A stretch of 64,000 nt of DNA, taken from a virus. Made by a program: the position numbers and the translations under genes. Within the stretch, counting starts at the first letter, position 1, and every line of letters starts with the position of its first letter. Where the stretch lies: positions 19,722-83,721 of IMG/VR virus record IMGVR_UViG_3300042900_000549; one strand, written 5' to 3'. The notes below the pieces were generated by a model, which saw only the letters and a list, made by a program, of their open reading frames with translations, had not been told where the DNA came from and made no database searches. Below, in pieces: positions 46,848 through 57,252 of the stretch.

Positions 46848-46942
46848 TGGACACATACAGTATTCGCCCACTGCTAGAAACGGCAGTGGGTATTATCATT
46901 TCAATTTTAACAATCCTTATACCGCTAGTTGTACTATTATGA
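46847..46942 (+). CDS. Small membrane peptide (31 aa)
   Basis: MDTYSIRPLLETAVGIIISILTILIPLVVLL; overlaps both neighbours. Confidence 0.45.
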   Translation: MDTYSIRPLLETAVGIIISILTILIPLVVLL

Positions 46943-47178
46943 GATTCACAGTTTATTCAAAAAACGGTTGCCCCTATTGTTCTAAAATAGAACAGGTACT
47001 ACGATTAAGCAATCTGGAACATAAGATCTACAAATTAGATGAAGATTTTTTAAGAGATGAATTCTATTCTCAGTTTGGATTAGGAACTACATTTCCTCAA
47101 GTAGTTCTTAATGATCAAGAGCATCTCGGGGGATGTACAGATACCGTTAAATATTTGCAGGAAAATAAAGTAATCTAA
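46939..47178 (+). CDS. nrdC: Glutaredoxin
   Basis: CPYC, TFPQV, GGCTD. Confidence 0.93.
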   Translation: MRFTVYSKNGCPYCSKIEQVLRLSNLEHKIYKLDEDFLRDEFYSQFGLGTTFPQVVLNDQEHLGGCTDTVKYLQENKVI

Positions 47179-47538
47179 ATGGAAACAACCTTTTACGAAG
47201 TTTATTACGATGTAGAAAAGGCAATTGATTATGCATTTAAAGGTCAGTTTGTATTGAAGTTTTATGATTATTTAAAAATTAAAAAAGTTCTCCTACGAGA
47301 AGTTGGAGAATTTATTGAAAGTAAAACTGCATCAAATATTAGTGAGGTTGTACTAGATTTAGATACTTATCTTGAAGGTGGTTCTGATAATGAACATAAA
47401 CAACTTCGGGAAGCATATGGACATCTTTCAAAACCAGAAGCAAGAAAGATAAGAAATTATTTGTATGACATTCTTAATGATGCATGGAAATACAGCAATG
47501 ACAAAAAACCAGGACGACGAAAGAAACAAACTAAATAA
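47179..47538 (+). CDS. Conserved cyanophage hypothetical protein
   Basis: YLEGG..HKQLREAYGHLSKPEARKI. Confidence 0.75.
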   Translation: METTFYEVYYDVEKAIDYAFKGQFVLKFYDYLKIKKVLLREVGEFIESKTASNISEVVLDLDTYLEGGSDNEHKQLREAYGHLSKPEARKIRNYLYDILNDAWKYSNDKKPGRRKKQTK

Positions 47539-47575
47539 CTCTCGGAACCTCCATATTAATCGGGGGTTTGAGTTG

Positions 47576-47713
47576 ATGCTAAGAAACAATAATAGGGGGG
47601 AGAAACCATCAGAACCAAACACATTTCAAATTCGTTTTGGTAAGATGATGTCTCTCTTCAAACGAGAGATACATTTTCAATTTGAATTCTTTTTAGATAT
47701 GAAAAAAAAGTAA
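47576..47713 (+). CDS. Small hypothetical protein
   Basis: FGKMMSLFKREIHF motif. Confidence 0.5.
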   Translation: MLRNNNRGEKPSEPNTFQIRFGKMMSLFKREIHFQFEFFLDMKKK

Positions 47714-47731
47714 CTCTCAAGGAGAATACCA

Positions 47732-47968
47732 ATGGAAACAACAGTTATTCTTACATTCACAACTCTTTTTTGTGTAATGTTTTTAATGATTGGACTAATC
47801 GGAGGTTGGATAGTTAAACAGTATCAAGTGGAAAGAATTTATGGTATTCGTAACATTCATCCAGAATTCTTTGACAATAACGGAAATATAATTCCTGACG
47901 AGGTTGTCGCGGTTAGATTTGAAGAAGGATTCTTTGATGATGATGATGAAGATTGTGATGAAGATTGA
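47732..47968 (+). CDS. Conserved membrane-anchored hypothetical protein
   Basis: N-terminal TM segment; HPEFFDNNGNIIPDE. Confidence 0.75.
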   Translation: METTVILTFTTLFCVMFLMIGLIGGWIVKQYQVERIYGIRNIHPEFFDNNGNIIPDEVVAVRFEEGFFDDDDEDCDED

Positions 47969-48015
47969 TAAATAAACAAGATTGTATTATACTAAACTGA
48001 ATTGTATTAAAAATT

Positions 48016-48591
48016 ATGCCTGTAACAAAAATAAAAACTGAAGCACCAATTGCAAAACTCCAACCAAATGCATTTCAATATGAAATTTTGGAATTGGTGT
48101 CAAAACAAAGAAGTGATGTAAAAAAAGTAGAAGTACTTAAAGAATACCGTAATGATGCTCTGATAAGTCTTTTCATTTGGAACTTTGATGATAGTGTAGT
48201 TAGTATTTTACCTCCAGGATCAGTTCCTTATGCTGATCCATCTGATCAATCGTCTATAGGGGGAAATCTAACTGAATTGATTGATAGTAAAGCAAAAAAC
48301 ACCAATTTGAAAAATGGTGCATATGCAGGAACTGAAGAGTTGATGAATAAGCAACGCACATCTCTTCGTAATGAGCACACAAATTTTTATATTTTCCTAA
48401 AGGGTGGAAGTAGTACTCTTTCTCAAATTCGTAAGGAGACTATTTTTATCAACATGCTTCAAGGACTTCATCCTTTAGAAGCAGAACTAGTTTGTCTAGT
48501 AAAAGATAAAAATCTTACAAATAAATATAAAGTAAGTTGGGATAATGTTAAGGGGGCATATCCTGATATTCTTTGGGGAGGTCGTTCGTGA
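48016..48591 (+). CDS. Conserved T4-like hypothetical protein
   Basis: IWNFDDSV.S.LPPG.VPY; GLHPLEAEL. Confidence 0.75.
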   Translation: MPVTKIKTEAPIAKLQPNAFQYEILELVSKQRSDVKKVEVLKEYRNDALISLFIWNFDDSVVSILPPGSVPYADPSDQSSIGGNLTELIDSKAKNTNLKNGAYAGTEELMNKQRTSLRNEHTNFYIFLKGGSSTLSQIRKETIFINMLQGLHPLEAELVCLVKDKNLTNKYKVSWDNVKGAYPDILWGGRS

Positions 48592-48923
48592 GTAAAACTG
48601 TATTAGTAGAGGAAGAAACTATGCAATGGACACCAGAAGAAAAAAAAGAAACTTCTTCTCGTTATGGTTGTGAAATTCTTTTTGAACGTACTACACTTGC
48701 TCAGGTAAAAGATCTTTCTTTACCGAATGATGCTTATCTAATTTTGTACCGTGTAAATGCTGAGACTCATGTAGACTTATGTCGTGGAACTGGAGTTAAA
48801 ATCTTTGATATGTATTATGACAAGTTTGGTCCTGGATCAGTTCAAAAAATTGAATTTGGATATGGAAGAGTTTCTCCTAGAATATGGGGATATAAAGCAC
48901 CTGAAGGAAAGAAAAAAAAATGA
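48588..48923 (+). CDS. Conserved hypothetical protein
   Basis: IFDMYYDK..GYGRVSPRIWG. Confidence 0.7.
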   Translation: MSKTVLVEEETMQWTPEEKKETSSRYGCEILFERTTLAQVKDLSLPNDAYLILYRVNAETHVDLCRGTGVKIFDMYYDKFGPGSVQKIEFGYGRVSPRIWGYKAPEGKKKK

Positions 48924-49108
48924 CTGCAGGATTTGATAATAAACTAAAAGTAGAAATTAATTCAACTGAAGTTGATAAACTACTAAAGCAATACAAAAAA
49001 ATTAAAAAATATATGAAATCTTCCTTGTATAAAGTGAAGAAAATTGATGGAACAGAAAAAGTTGTGTCGGAACTTTTAAAAGAATATGAGGATAATCCTC
49101 TGAATTAA
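48920..49108 (+). CDS. Hypothetical protein
   Basis: Basic ORF coupled by ATGA. Confidence 0.6.
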   Translation: MTAGFDNKLKVEINSTEVDKLLKQYKKIKKYMKSSLYKVKKIDGTEKVVSELLKEYEDNPLN

Positions 49109-49112
49109 ATAA

Positions 49113-49439
49113 ATGGGTAAGCATTTTTTATTGAATCTATATGGGTGCTCATCAGTTCTGTTGAATGACGAGCGTTTTCTTGTTGATTTACTGGAAAATT
49201 CTGCAGTTGCATCTGGAGCAACTATATTAAAAACAGTATCTCATAAGTTTGAACCTCAAGGTGTTACTATTATTTGCTTACTTTCCGAAAGTCATATTAG
49301 CATTCATACTTGGCCTGAGGAACATAAGGCATCGGCAGATATTTTTACTTGTGGGATAGTGGATCCAAAGATTGGTTGTGATATAATGATAGCGCAACTC
49401 AAACCAATTGAATATAAACTTAATTATATTCAACGATAA
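49113..49439 (+). CDS. speD: S-adenosylmethionine decarboxylase proenzyme
   Basis: HKFEPQGVT..LLSESHISIHTWPE..DIFTCG. Confidence 0.93.
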   Translation: MGKHFLLNLYGCSSVLLNDERFLVDLLENSAVASGATILKTVSHKFEPQGVTIICLLSESHISIHTWPEEHKASADIFTCGIVDPKIGCDIMIAQLKPIEYKLNYIQR

Positions 49440-49503
49440 AAAAAAGGAGAGGATTGACATTCTCTCTTTTTTTATGTAAACTGATAAGAGACATACTATT
49501 GGA

Positions 49504-49671
49504 ATGAATAACGAACGATTAAAACTAATTGTGAGAAATCTGGATCTTTTGATTCAATCTTTAAAAGAGGAACTTGAAGATGTTCCAGAAATTTCTTATG
49601 AGACTACATCCTCATATGTTGAGGATGATGTTGATGAATACTATACTGAGGATGACGAAGAAGATGTATGA
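49504..49671 (+). CDS. Small acidic hypothetical protein (55 aa)
   Basis: MNNERLKLIVRNLDLLIQSLKEE; promoter at 49455. Confidence 0.6.
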   Translation: MNNERLKLIVRNLDLLIQSLKEELEDVPEISYETTSSYVEDDVDEYYTEDDEEDV

Positions 49672-49852
49672 AGACATTACGCCTTATGAAAGGGCGCTTG
49701 CAAGATTTGGTGATAAGTGTGCTCTCATAGCAGGACTTGAACTTGCTAATAAAATTTCTCCAGAAGAAGCATATCAACAAATAAAAGATATGTATAAGGA
49801 ATTGAAAAAACTTCGCAAAGCAGAAAAGAAAAATTGGGAGACACCAAACTAA
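49664..49852 (+). CDS. Small hypothetical protein
   Basis: YERALARFGDK..KISPEEAYQQIK. Confidence 0.7.
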   Translation: MYEDITPYERALARFGDKCALIAGLELANKISPEEAYQQIKDMYKELKKLRKAEKKNWETPN

Positions 49853-50607
49853 TGAAACCTATTAAAGCAAAAGATCTACTGGAACTAGATCAAGAAATGA
49901 AAGTTGTGATGATTCGTCAGTCACAACTTCCCCAGACTCTTGTTTGGCAAGCAGGTAAGAATGATTATTCTGAAGTACCTATTCATACGGTGATGCCCCC
50001 CGTAGAAAAGGAATGTGGTAAATGGGTAATTGAACATCTACTTGCAAATGAAAGAGGTCATTGGGGACCACTAGAACATCCTGCAATTTCTTTTGATTGT
50101 GTTGGATTCGTTCATAATGTAATGGTTCAGGCACGAACTCATCGTGTTGGAGTTTCTTTTGATGTTCAATCTCAGCGTTATACTGGTCGTCGTGTACTGA
50201 AGGTTGCAAAGGGTGAACTGAAACCACAACAAGTTTTCTATGTGCGCCCAGAAGGTCTCTACCTGGACCGTAAAGGGCATAAGTATGAATGGACGAGGGA
50301 AGACTACGAAAGGCAGTTAAAGTTCTGTCTGGCGGCATCTGAGAGGTATGAGGAGGGTTATACTAAGCGTGGTATGGCAGAGGAACATCTTCGGGATTAT
50401 CTTCCACAGAATATTCGTCAAAACTTCGTTGTTACATTCTCTCTTCGTGCAGTGTTACACTTTCTGGATCTTCGTGCTAAACTTGATGCTCAGGTGGAAA
50501 TTCAAGCACTTTGCGAAGGTATGATTCCTGCAATTAAAGAATGGGTTCCTGAGATCTTTAGTTATTATGAGGAGAAAAGACTTCATAAGGCACGTTTGAG
50601 TCCTTGA
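49852..50607 (+). CDS. thyX: FAD-dependent thymidylate synthase
   Basis: HWGPLEH, RTHRVGVSFDVQSQRY, AQVEI. Confidence 0.92.
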   Translation: MKPIKAKDLLELDQEMKVVMIRQSQLPQTLVWQAGKNDYSEVPIHTVMPPVEKECGKWVIEHLLANERGHWGPLEHPAISFDCVGFVHNVMVQARTHRVGVSFDVQSQRYTGRRVLKVAKGELKPQQVFYVRPEGLYLDRKGHKYEWTREDYERQLKFCLAASERYEEGYTKRGMAEEHLRDYLPQNIRQNFVVTFSLRAVLHFLDLRAKLDAQVEIQALCEGMIPAIKEWVPEIFSYYEEKRLHKARLSP

Positions 50608-50637
50608 TCTAAATACTCATACACATTATTAAAACTT

Positions 50638-50880
50638 ATGGCAATTTATCCAATCAAAAGTAAAGAAACTGGTGAGACTAAAGTGATTGAAATGAGTGTT
50701 CACGACATCACACAGTGGTATCAAGACAATCCAGAATGGTCCCGCGATTGGAGTCAGGGATGTGCAACTCCAGGAGAAGTTGGTGAGTGGAAAGACAAAC
50801 TCATTGATAAACATCCCGGATGGAATGAAATTTTGGATAAAGCATCTAAAGCACCTAAATCACTCGTAAAGAAAATCTAA
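50638..50880 (+). CDS. Conserved cyanophage hypothetical protein
   Basis: MAIYP..TGETK..DNPEW.RDW..PGWNEIL. Confidence 0.75.
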   Translation: MAIYPIKSKETGETKVIEMSVHDITQWYQDNPEWSRDWSQGCATPGEVGEWKDKLIDKHPGWNEILDKASKAPKSLVKKI

Positions 50881-50881
50881 A

Positions 50882-51652
50882 ATGACAAGAAGAAAAAGAA
50901 CCAATCAAGATACTCAGTCTGTTGGCGGTGTTCCTATGACTACGAAACATATGAAGCGTAGAAAACCATTAAACTCTGATTTACTTTTAGATGTTCAACC
51001 TCTAACAGATAATCAAGGAAAACTATTTGAATCCTATGATGAAGGTAAGCACATTGTTGCTTATGGAGCAGCTGGAACTGGTAAAACTTTTATCGTTCTC
51101 TACAATGCACTCAAAGATGTTCTTAATGATAGGACACCTTATGATAAAATATACATCATTAGGTCTTTAGTGCAGACTCGCGAAATTGGATTCTTGCCAG
51201 GTAATCACGAAGATAAATCAGCACTCTTTGAAATACCATATAAAAATATGGTAAAATATATGTTCCAACTGCCGTCTGAAGATGAGTTTGAGATGCTATA
51301 CGGCAATCTTAAATCTCAAGGTACTATTTCTTTTTGGTCTTCTTCTTTCTTAAGAGGAACTACTTTTGATAATTGCATTCTTATTGTGGACGAATTCCAA
51401 AATATGAATGGACACGAAAATGATTCTATCATCACTCGTGTTGGCGAAAACTGTAAAATTATGTTCTGTGGTGATGCTTCGCAGAGTGATTTAGTGCGAC
51501 AGAATGAGAGAAATGGAATTCACGATTTTATAAAAATTCTTCAAATTATGCCATCATTTGATTTTATTGAATTTGGTATTGAAGACGTATGCAGAAGTGG
51601 ATTGGTTAAAGAGTACTTAATTGCAAAACATTCCTTAAATATTACCATATAA
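50882..51652 (+). CDS. phoH: PhoH-family ATPase
   Basis: GAAGTGKT, IGFLPG, RGTT, DEFQN, GDASQSD. Confidence 0.95.
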   Translation: MTRRKRTNQDTQSVGGVPMTTKHMKRRKPLNSDLLLDVQPLTDNQGKLFESYDEGKHIVAYGAAGTGKTFIVLYNALKDVLNDRTPYDKIYIIRSLVQTREIGFLPGNHEDKSALFEIPYKNMVKYMFQLPSEDEFEMLYGNLKSQGTISFWSSSFLRGTTFDNCILIVDEFQNMNGHENDSIITRVGENCKIMFCGDASQSDLVRQNERNGIHDFIKILQIMPSFDFIEFGIEDVCRSGLVKEYLIAKHSLNITI

Positions 51653-51653
51653 A

Positions 51654-52322
51654 ATGTTCACACATATTGATTTGAATCTCCCAAAACTTACGAGGGAGAG
51701 TATAGATGGAGTTCGTTATTATAACATTGGTGAAGAAAATAAAAAACTGGTGTCTATTACCTCCGTTATTAGTCATTATAGTAAAGCAAAGTTTGCAAAA
51801 TGGCGTAAAAGAGTTGGAGAAGAAGAAGCAAATAGAATCACAAAAAGAGCAACCAGTCGTGGTACTGATACTCATACTCTCATTGAGAGTTATTTGCTAA
51901 ACGAAGAACTCTCAGAGGTTCAACCAATTTCAGAAATGTTATTTAAATTGGCGAAACCAACTCTAAATCGTATAAATAATATTTACTGTCTAGAAAGTTC
52001 TTTACACAGTAAAATTTTGGGAGTTGCAGGTTCTGTCGATACTATAGGAGAATTTGATGGTGAACTTGCAGTTATTGATTATAAGACTTCCGCAAAACCA
52101 AAGCCCCGTGAATGGTTAGAAGGATATTTTGTTCAAACTATGTTTTATGGAATGGCTTTATATGAGATGACGGATATTCAGATTAAAAAGTTAGTTATTA
52201 TAATGACCTGTGAGAATGGAGAATGTGTTGTTTACGAAGAAAGAGATTTAGAAAAATATATGAAACTCGTTATTCAGTATATCAAAAAATTTGTAAACGA
52301 TAAGTTAGAACAAATTGCTTGA
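51654..52322 (+). CDS. PD-(D/E)XK (Cas4-like) exonuclease
   Basis: SITSV, RGT..H, AGSVD, IDYKTS, Q...Y. Confidence 0.85.
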   Translation: MFTHIDLNLPKLTRESIDGVRYYNIGEENKKLVSITSVISHYSKAKFAKWRKRVGEEEANRITKRATSRGTDTHTLIESYLLNEELSEVQPISEMLFKLAKPTLNRINNIYCLESSLHSKILGVAGSVDTIGEFDGELAVIDYKTSAKPKPREWLEGYFVQTMFYGMALYEMTDIQIKKLVIIMTCENGECVVYEERDLEKYMKLVIQYIKKFVNDKLEQIA

Positions 52323-52394
52323 CATATAAGGACTAAAGGTTTATAATAAACAAAAGTGAATTAAATTATTGTGCCACTTACGCTCGTTCAATTA

Positions 52395-52661
52395 ATGACT
52401 TCTGATTACAATAGAGAATTAGAAAAAGTATTAGAAGAAAAGTTTTTCTGTCCCTCAAGATTTGCTCAAGAAGTTGAGAAACTTGTAGTTCAAGAGAGTG
52501 TATCTTATATTGATGCAATAATTGCTTTTTGTGAAATCAACAAAATTGATTTAGAATCTGTACCTAAACTTCTTTCAAAACCACTTAAAGAGAAGATTAA
52601 GTGCGAAGCAACTGAACTTAATTTTCTTAAGAAAACTTCAAAGGCACGATTAGTATTTTGA
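52395..52661 (+). CDS. gp33: Late transcription coactivator gp33
   Basis: SYIDAIIAFCE..KLLSKPLKEKIKCEA..LNFL. Confidence 0.88.
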   Translation: MTSDYNRELEKVLEEKFFCPSRFAQEVEKLVVQESVSYIDAIIAFCEINKIDLESVPKLLSKPLKEKIKCEATELNFLKKTSKARLVF

Positions 52662-53251
52662 AATTGGAACCATTTGAATCATATCAAAAATATCTTGCTC
52701 TTAAGAATCATTTCACGAATAAAAAATATAATTACTTCACATATAATGGAAAAGTAAAAGCAAATCTCCAATCTTTCTATAAACGCAAAGATAGATTTTG
52801 GTTTGAAAAATTGTCCAGAAATAAAACTGATGAGGAAATATTAAACTTTTTTGTGGCAAATTTTGCTTCTTGTGATGATCCACAATCACTTTGGATTGGT
52901 CAAATCATTAAGGAAGGAGAAGATAATTATAAGAACTGGATGCGCAAGACTCAATCACTTTCTTATATTTTTAAAGAAGAAATAAGCATTTTTAATTCAA
53001 AAAACTTTGATGAGATGTTTAGTATTCAAGGTAACAAGCATCCTTTAATTATTAAGAATTATCTTCAGAAAAAAATATCATTAGAAACTTTAATTATTTT
53101 AAATAATATTCTCGAGTACACAAAAGAGTTTGATAAGAAACTTCAAGACCCTGTTTGGGAATTTGTATCTATGAGAATTGAAAAATATACTCCCTTCATA
53201 CATATTGATGTAAACAAATTTAAGCAATTATTGAAGGAGTGTGTGTTGTGA
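52658..53251 (+). CDS. gp59: Helicase loader gp59
   Basis: YLALKNHF..YNYF..SFYKRKDR..FEKL; synteny. Confidence 0.85.
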   Translation: MKLEPFESYQKYLALKNHFTNKKYNYFTYNGKVKANLQSFYKRKDRFWFEKLSRNKTDEEILNFFVANFASCDDPQSLWIGQIIKEGEDNYKNWMRKTQSLSYIFKEEISIFNSKNFDEMFSIQGNKHPLIIKNYLQKKISLETLIILNNILEYTKEFDKKLQDPVWEFVSMRIEKYTPFIHIDVNKFKQLLKECVL

Positions 53252-53589
53252 GTTTCTTCAATTCCGATATAGTTAGAGCAGAGATGAGTGAAATATCTAT
53301 TTTACAAGACGATATTTATAGAAATATATTCACTTTTCCCGCAATGAATACTGAGGAAAAAAAGTTTCATATAAGTCTTTTAGAAAAACTTTTAAGTAAG
53401 CAAAAAATTCTTTATACTCGTCTGAGTTTATCTGATGATCCAGAGGCAATTGAGATGAAAGAAAAAATTGTTGAGTCTGCAACAATGATGGGTATGTCAC
53501 CAAATGTTGATATGAATATTATTTTTAATAATATGATGAGATTAATTGAAACCATGAAAGAACAACTTGACTTTCCTGAAGAGGGGTAG
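53248..53589 (+). CDS. DUF1825-like protein
   Basis: FFNSDIVRAE..RLSLSDDPEA. Confidence 0.75.
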   Translation: MSFFNSDIVRAEMSEISILQDDIYRNIFTFPAMNTEEKKFHISLLEKLLSKQKILYTRLSLSDDPEAIEMKEKIVESATMMGMSPNVDMNIIFNNMMRLIETMKEQLDFPEEG

Positions 53590-53656
53590 TAGAATAATTA
53601 TGGGCTGGACGATCCCTTAAGCAAAGTCATAAAGGCCAAATCTGCACTGAAATAAA

Positions 53657-54601
53657 ATGTCATTTGAATCTCTAAAAAAACAATCTAAACTTGGTTCTCT
53701 TACTGATAAACTAGTAAAAGAAGTTGAAAAAATGAATACTAGTGGTGCTGGAGGAACCGATGAACGCTTCTGGAAACCGACTATGGGCAAAGGAGATGTA
53801 GGTTCTGCAGTTATCCGTTTCCTTCCTGCTCCCGGTGATGAAGATCTACCTTGGGTAAAACTATATAATCACGCATTTCAGGGAACTGGTGGTTGGTTGA
53901 TCGACAACTGCTCCACTACAATTAGTCAGAAGTGTCCAGTATGTGCGTCAAACACTGAACTTTGGAACTCCGGAAACGACCGCGATAAAGAAACAGTTCG
54001 TCAACGGAAGCGTAAACTATCATATTATTCAAACATCTATGTAATTAAAGATCCTGCAAATCCAGAAAACGAAGGTAAGATCTTTCTCTTTAAATTTGGT
54101 AAGAAAATCTTTGATAAGATTCTGAACGCAATGCAACCAGAATTTGAAGATGAGGCACCCATCAATCCGTTTGATTTTTGGGTGGGCGCAAACTTCCGTC
54201 TCAAGATTCGTAAGGTAGAGGGTTATTGGAACTACGATAAGTCAGAGTTTGATTCACCAGAACCTCTTATGGATGATGATGATGCTCTAGAAGCACTCTG
54301 GAAGAAAGAATATTCGCTCTCTGCAATTGTTGCTCCTGATCAATTCAAGTCCTATGATGAACTTGAAAAGCGTCTAAATTCTGTTCTTGGTATTGGTAAA
54401 GTTGCTCCCAAGACATCTACTGCTGATGAAGAAGAGCGTTATGAATCTTATGCTTCAAAGCAAAACACTGAAGAAAATGTGATGCAGGAACTTGAAGAAT
54501 CTTATCGCAAGAGTAAGAATGTAGAACTTCCTAAAGTTACTTCAAGTGATGATGAAGAAGATGATGCGATGAGTTACTTTTCTAAACTAGCGAATTCTTG
54601 A
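53657..54601 (+). CDS. gp32: Single-stranded DNA binding protein gp32
   Basis: DERFWK, AVIRFLP, CPVC, NYDKSEF, acidic tail. Confidence 0.96.
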   Translation: MSFESLKKQSKLGSLTDKLVKEVEKMNTSGAGGTDERFWKPTMGKGDVGSAVIRFLPAPGDEDLPWVKLYNHAFQGTGGWLIDNCSTTISQKCPVCASNTELWNSGNDRDKETVRQRKRKLSYYSNIYVIKDPANPENEGKIFLFKFGKKIFDKILNAMQPEFEDEAPINPFDFWVGANFRLKIRKVEGYWNYDKSEFDSPEPLMDDDDALEALWKKEYSLSAIVAPDQFKSYDELEKRLNSVLGIGKVAPKTSTADEEERYESYASKQNTEENVMQELEESYRKSKNVELPKVTSSDDEEDDAMSYFSKLANS

Positions 54602-55732
54602 TTACTCAAATAGTCTGATATTATCGCCTCTTTTTAAGGTGGAGTTCACATATTGATCTCCACCTTTTTTGTATGTCATCAATTCTTCCATATCATTAAA
54701 AATAACACTTAGATATATTGGTTTCAAAATATAGATATTTCTTTTTTCTTCTTCAATTTTTAATTCATACTCATAATTTGTTACCGGTCTTATGAAAGAA
54801 GTTGAAGGAACTTGAACTGTATTACTAAGTCCAGCATCCCAATATTCATAGTAATATGCGGTTAAACTTTTAATTGTAAGTTCATCAACCCAATTAAATC
54901 CCGTATAAATCCACAAATTTCCAGTTTCAGAGTCAACTACGGCATTTCCCGATACTGCATTTGGAAATTGATTTTGTAAAACTTCATCTGATGAATTTAG
55001 TATAGATCCAATAGGTGTAAATGTGGTATTTAATGTAAAAATAATTTTCTCTTTTTTGGATGTGGATATTACCGGATTACTGATAATAGGAACTGATGGG
55101 AGTTCATAAGTAAATCCTTTATCAAAAACTGTCGTTGCAATGAATTTACCATTATATTCTCTTTCAGATATTCCATCAATCGTGACTTGACTACCCACAA
55201 ATATTCCAGGAATATTCGTTGTCATATCAACTTTTATATTTGTACCGGTAGCAGTTATATCCGCAATAGTTGAATTTATAATTTCAATAAAATTTCCATT
55301 TGTTTTCCAAGTGGGAGAAATTGTTAAACCACCTTTAAGAACTGTAATACCTAATGAGTTCTTAATTTCTTCTGTTTCATAATGATGAATACCATTATAA
55401 AGATTATCATAAGAACCATAACGCTCTAACATAACCTTTTCAAAGGTTATTTGAGTCATCGGCCATTCTGATTGAATATTCAGAATGTTATTTGAAAGAA
55501 GAACAACCCAATCTAATGTTTCTTCATCATAAAACTTATAAGCAACATTATCAGGCCGTTCATCACCAATAATTGAATACTTCTCAAAGAATTGGAGATT
55601 AGCAAAAATATCTTCTCTTAATTTTCCACGCTTAAAAAGATTTTTTACCGGAATATATTCGGAGATATATTTGTCTCCTATGTCTCTAGAAACATATTCA
55701 AAGTTTGGAACCTGTCTGAAGTAAGATGCCAT
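54602..55732 (-). CDS. gp53: Baseplate wedge subunit gp53
   Basis: YF..VPNFEY, DERPDNVA..FY..LDWVVLLSNNI, EWP. Confidence 0.85.
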   Translation of the reverse strand: MASYFRQVPNFEYVSRDIGDKYISEYIPVKNLFKRGKLREDIFANLQFFEKYSIIGDERPDNVAYKFYDEETLDWVVLLSNNILNIQSEWPMTQITFEKVMLERYGSYDNLYNGIHHYETEEIKNSLGITVLKGGLTISPTWKTNGNFIEIINSTIADITATGTNIKVDMTTNIPGIFVGSQVTIDGISEREYNGKFIATTVFDKGFTYELPSVPIISNPVISTSKKEKIIFTLNTTFTPIGSILNSSDEVLQNQFPNAVSGNAVVDSETGNLWIYTGFNWVDELTIKSLTAYYYEYWDAGLSNTVQVPSTSFIRPVTNYEYELKIEEEKRNIYILKPIYLSVIFNDMEELMTYKKGGDQYVNSTLKRGDNIRLFE

Positions 55733-55733
55733 T

Positions 55734-57140
55734 TTAGTAACCTATTGAAGAATCTAATCCGCCACCAATTGCTTTATCTGCTTCTGCATAATCATCATCA
55801 TAAATTGCTTCAAGTTCTGTAAATTGAAGACCTATTTCATAAGAAGTCATAGCACCATCTCCAAAAGTAGCATAACTTCCTGCAGGAGTATAATTCACAG
55901 TACACCCAGTAAGAGCACATTCTTTTATTCTATTAATCCAAGGATGATCTTTCTGAGTTATTCCGTAAATGTATTTAATCTCAAATGTATGAGGTGCCTT
56001 TAAAAATAAATCAGTTTCTGCTCTCTTTACTGACATTCCTTGTTTAAAAAATCTTATAATATTGCGAATATTTTTTGATTCATTTGGTTCTCTTGCGGAT
56101 AAAGTAAAATTAAATTGGAAAGTTCTAAGTTGAGGACCTTCAAATAGTAACTCTATATTTGGATTTATTATTCCTCCAAGTACTCTAGGAACAAGACCTT
56201 TAACTTGTGCTGCCTGTCCTGCAAAATATGCCGCCGCCGCATTCTTTAGAGATTCCATAGCACCACTTGATGCAAATAATTTTTCTATGCCAGTTATTGA
56301 TTCTGTAGCACCAACGACACCATTGTTAATACTGCCGAGTGCAACTGCTGCTGCGATTCCTTCAAATGCATTCATGGTGTCTTCTCCCCATTTAACAGTA
56401 TTTGTGTCTGAAATGGAAGGTTGAATAGGAAGAACAACAGTACTTCCTCTTGTTTTAGCCTCTAGTCTATCTTCAACTGCCTTTCCTTCTCCCAATAATT
56501 TGGGACTTAATTTTCTTGGTCTATATTCAAGCATAGTGAATTGTATATAATCTTGTGTCTCATCCATATTAATTGGATATCTTAATAAAGATTTATCTGG
56601 ATATTGAGTTACTAATCTTGTTTTCTTACTACCTGCTATTTGAGTATTAGTTAAATTAGTTAATCCCTGTTCAACTCTACCGGCAGTTGCTCCAGTTTCT
56701 CCGTCAGGTTGGTCTCCAGATGGTGGCGTATCTACTCGTCCGTTCTGTAGTAATTCGTTAGTTCTTTTTTGTCTCGTTTGTAGATCAACATTCAAGTCTC
56801 TTTGGGCATTATTTGAAGTCTCTCTCGCTTTATCTTTTACTTGTTGTAGTGCTTGTGGTTGTTGAGCAAATGCTTTTTTTTCGTTTTCTGTTATTCCATT
56901 TATTCCCAAGAATGCATCATTTGGAATAAATTTTCCTTTATTTGGACCTGTTGAGGGAATTGTTCCAACTGTGGCATCAAACTCATCAGCAAGTGCCGAA
57001 TCTATGATTTGAGATCTATTAAATCTTTTTAACGTAATTTCTCCAGTTTCCGTATTTACTAATGTATAATATGTTTGAGTAGAATCAACTGATGGAAGAG
57101 GGAATTGATTTTTATTTCTTGATCCATATACATTCGCCAT
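55734..57140 (-). CDS. gp48: Baseplate tail tube cap gp48
   Basis: LRYP, NPNIELLFEGPQLRTFQF, CALT..VNYTP, FTELE. Confidence 0.85.
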   Translation of the reverse strand: MANVYGSRNKNQFPLPSVDSTQTYYTLVNTETGEITLKRFNRSQIIDSALADEFDATVGTIPSTGPNKGKFIPNDAFLGINGITENEKKAFAQQPQALQQVKDKARETSNNAQRDLNVDLQTRQKRTNELLQNGRVDTPPSGDQPDGETGATAGRVEQGLTNLTNTQIAGSKKTRLVTQYPDKSLLRYPINMDETQDYIQFTMLEYRPRKLSPKLLGEGKAVEDRLEAKTRGSTVVLPIQPSISDTNTVKWGEDTMNAFEGIAAAVALGSINNGVVGATESITGIEKLFASSGAMESLKNAAAAYFAGQAAQVKGLVPRVLGGIINPNIELLFEGPQLRTFQFNFTLSAREPNESKNIRNIIRFFKQGMSVKRAETDLFLKAPHTFEIKYIYGITQKDHPWINRIKECALTGCTVNYTPAGSYATFGDGAMTSYEIGLQFTELEAIYDDDYAEADKAIGGGLDSSIGY

Positions 57141-57223
57141 CAGAACTCCTCCCTAACAAGGAACATAAGAATCAAATTTGTTTCCCTTTTACGCAACATT
57201 AGAAATGGAAGTTCCTTATTCTT

Positions 57224-57231
57224 TATTTATA
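57224..57231 (-). promoter_or_regulatory. Late promoter for gp48
   Basis: TATAAATA on the minus strand. Confidence 0.65.
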
Positions 57232-57252
57232 GTATATAAAAATAAATTTTAA

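Noticed and set aside
53596-53656. gp32 autoregulatory pseudoknot
   Set aside because: Only 3-4 bp pairings are visible, which is too weak to call.
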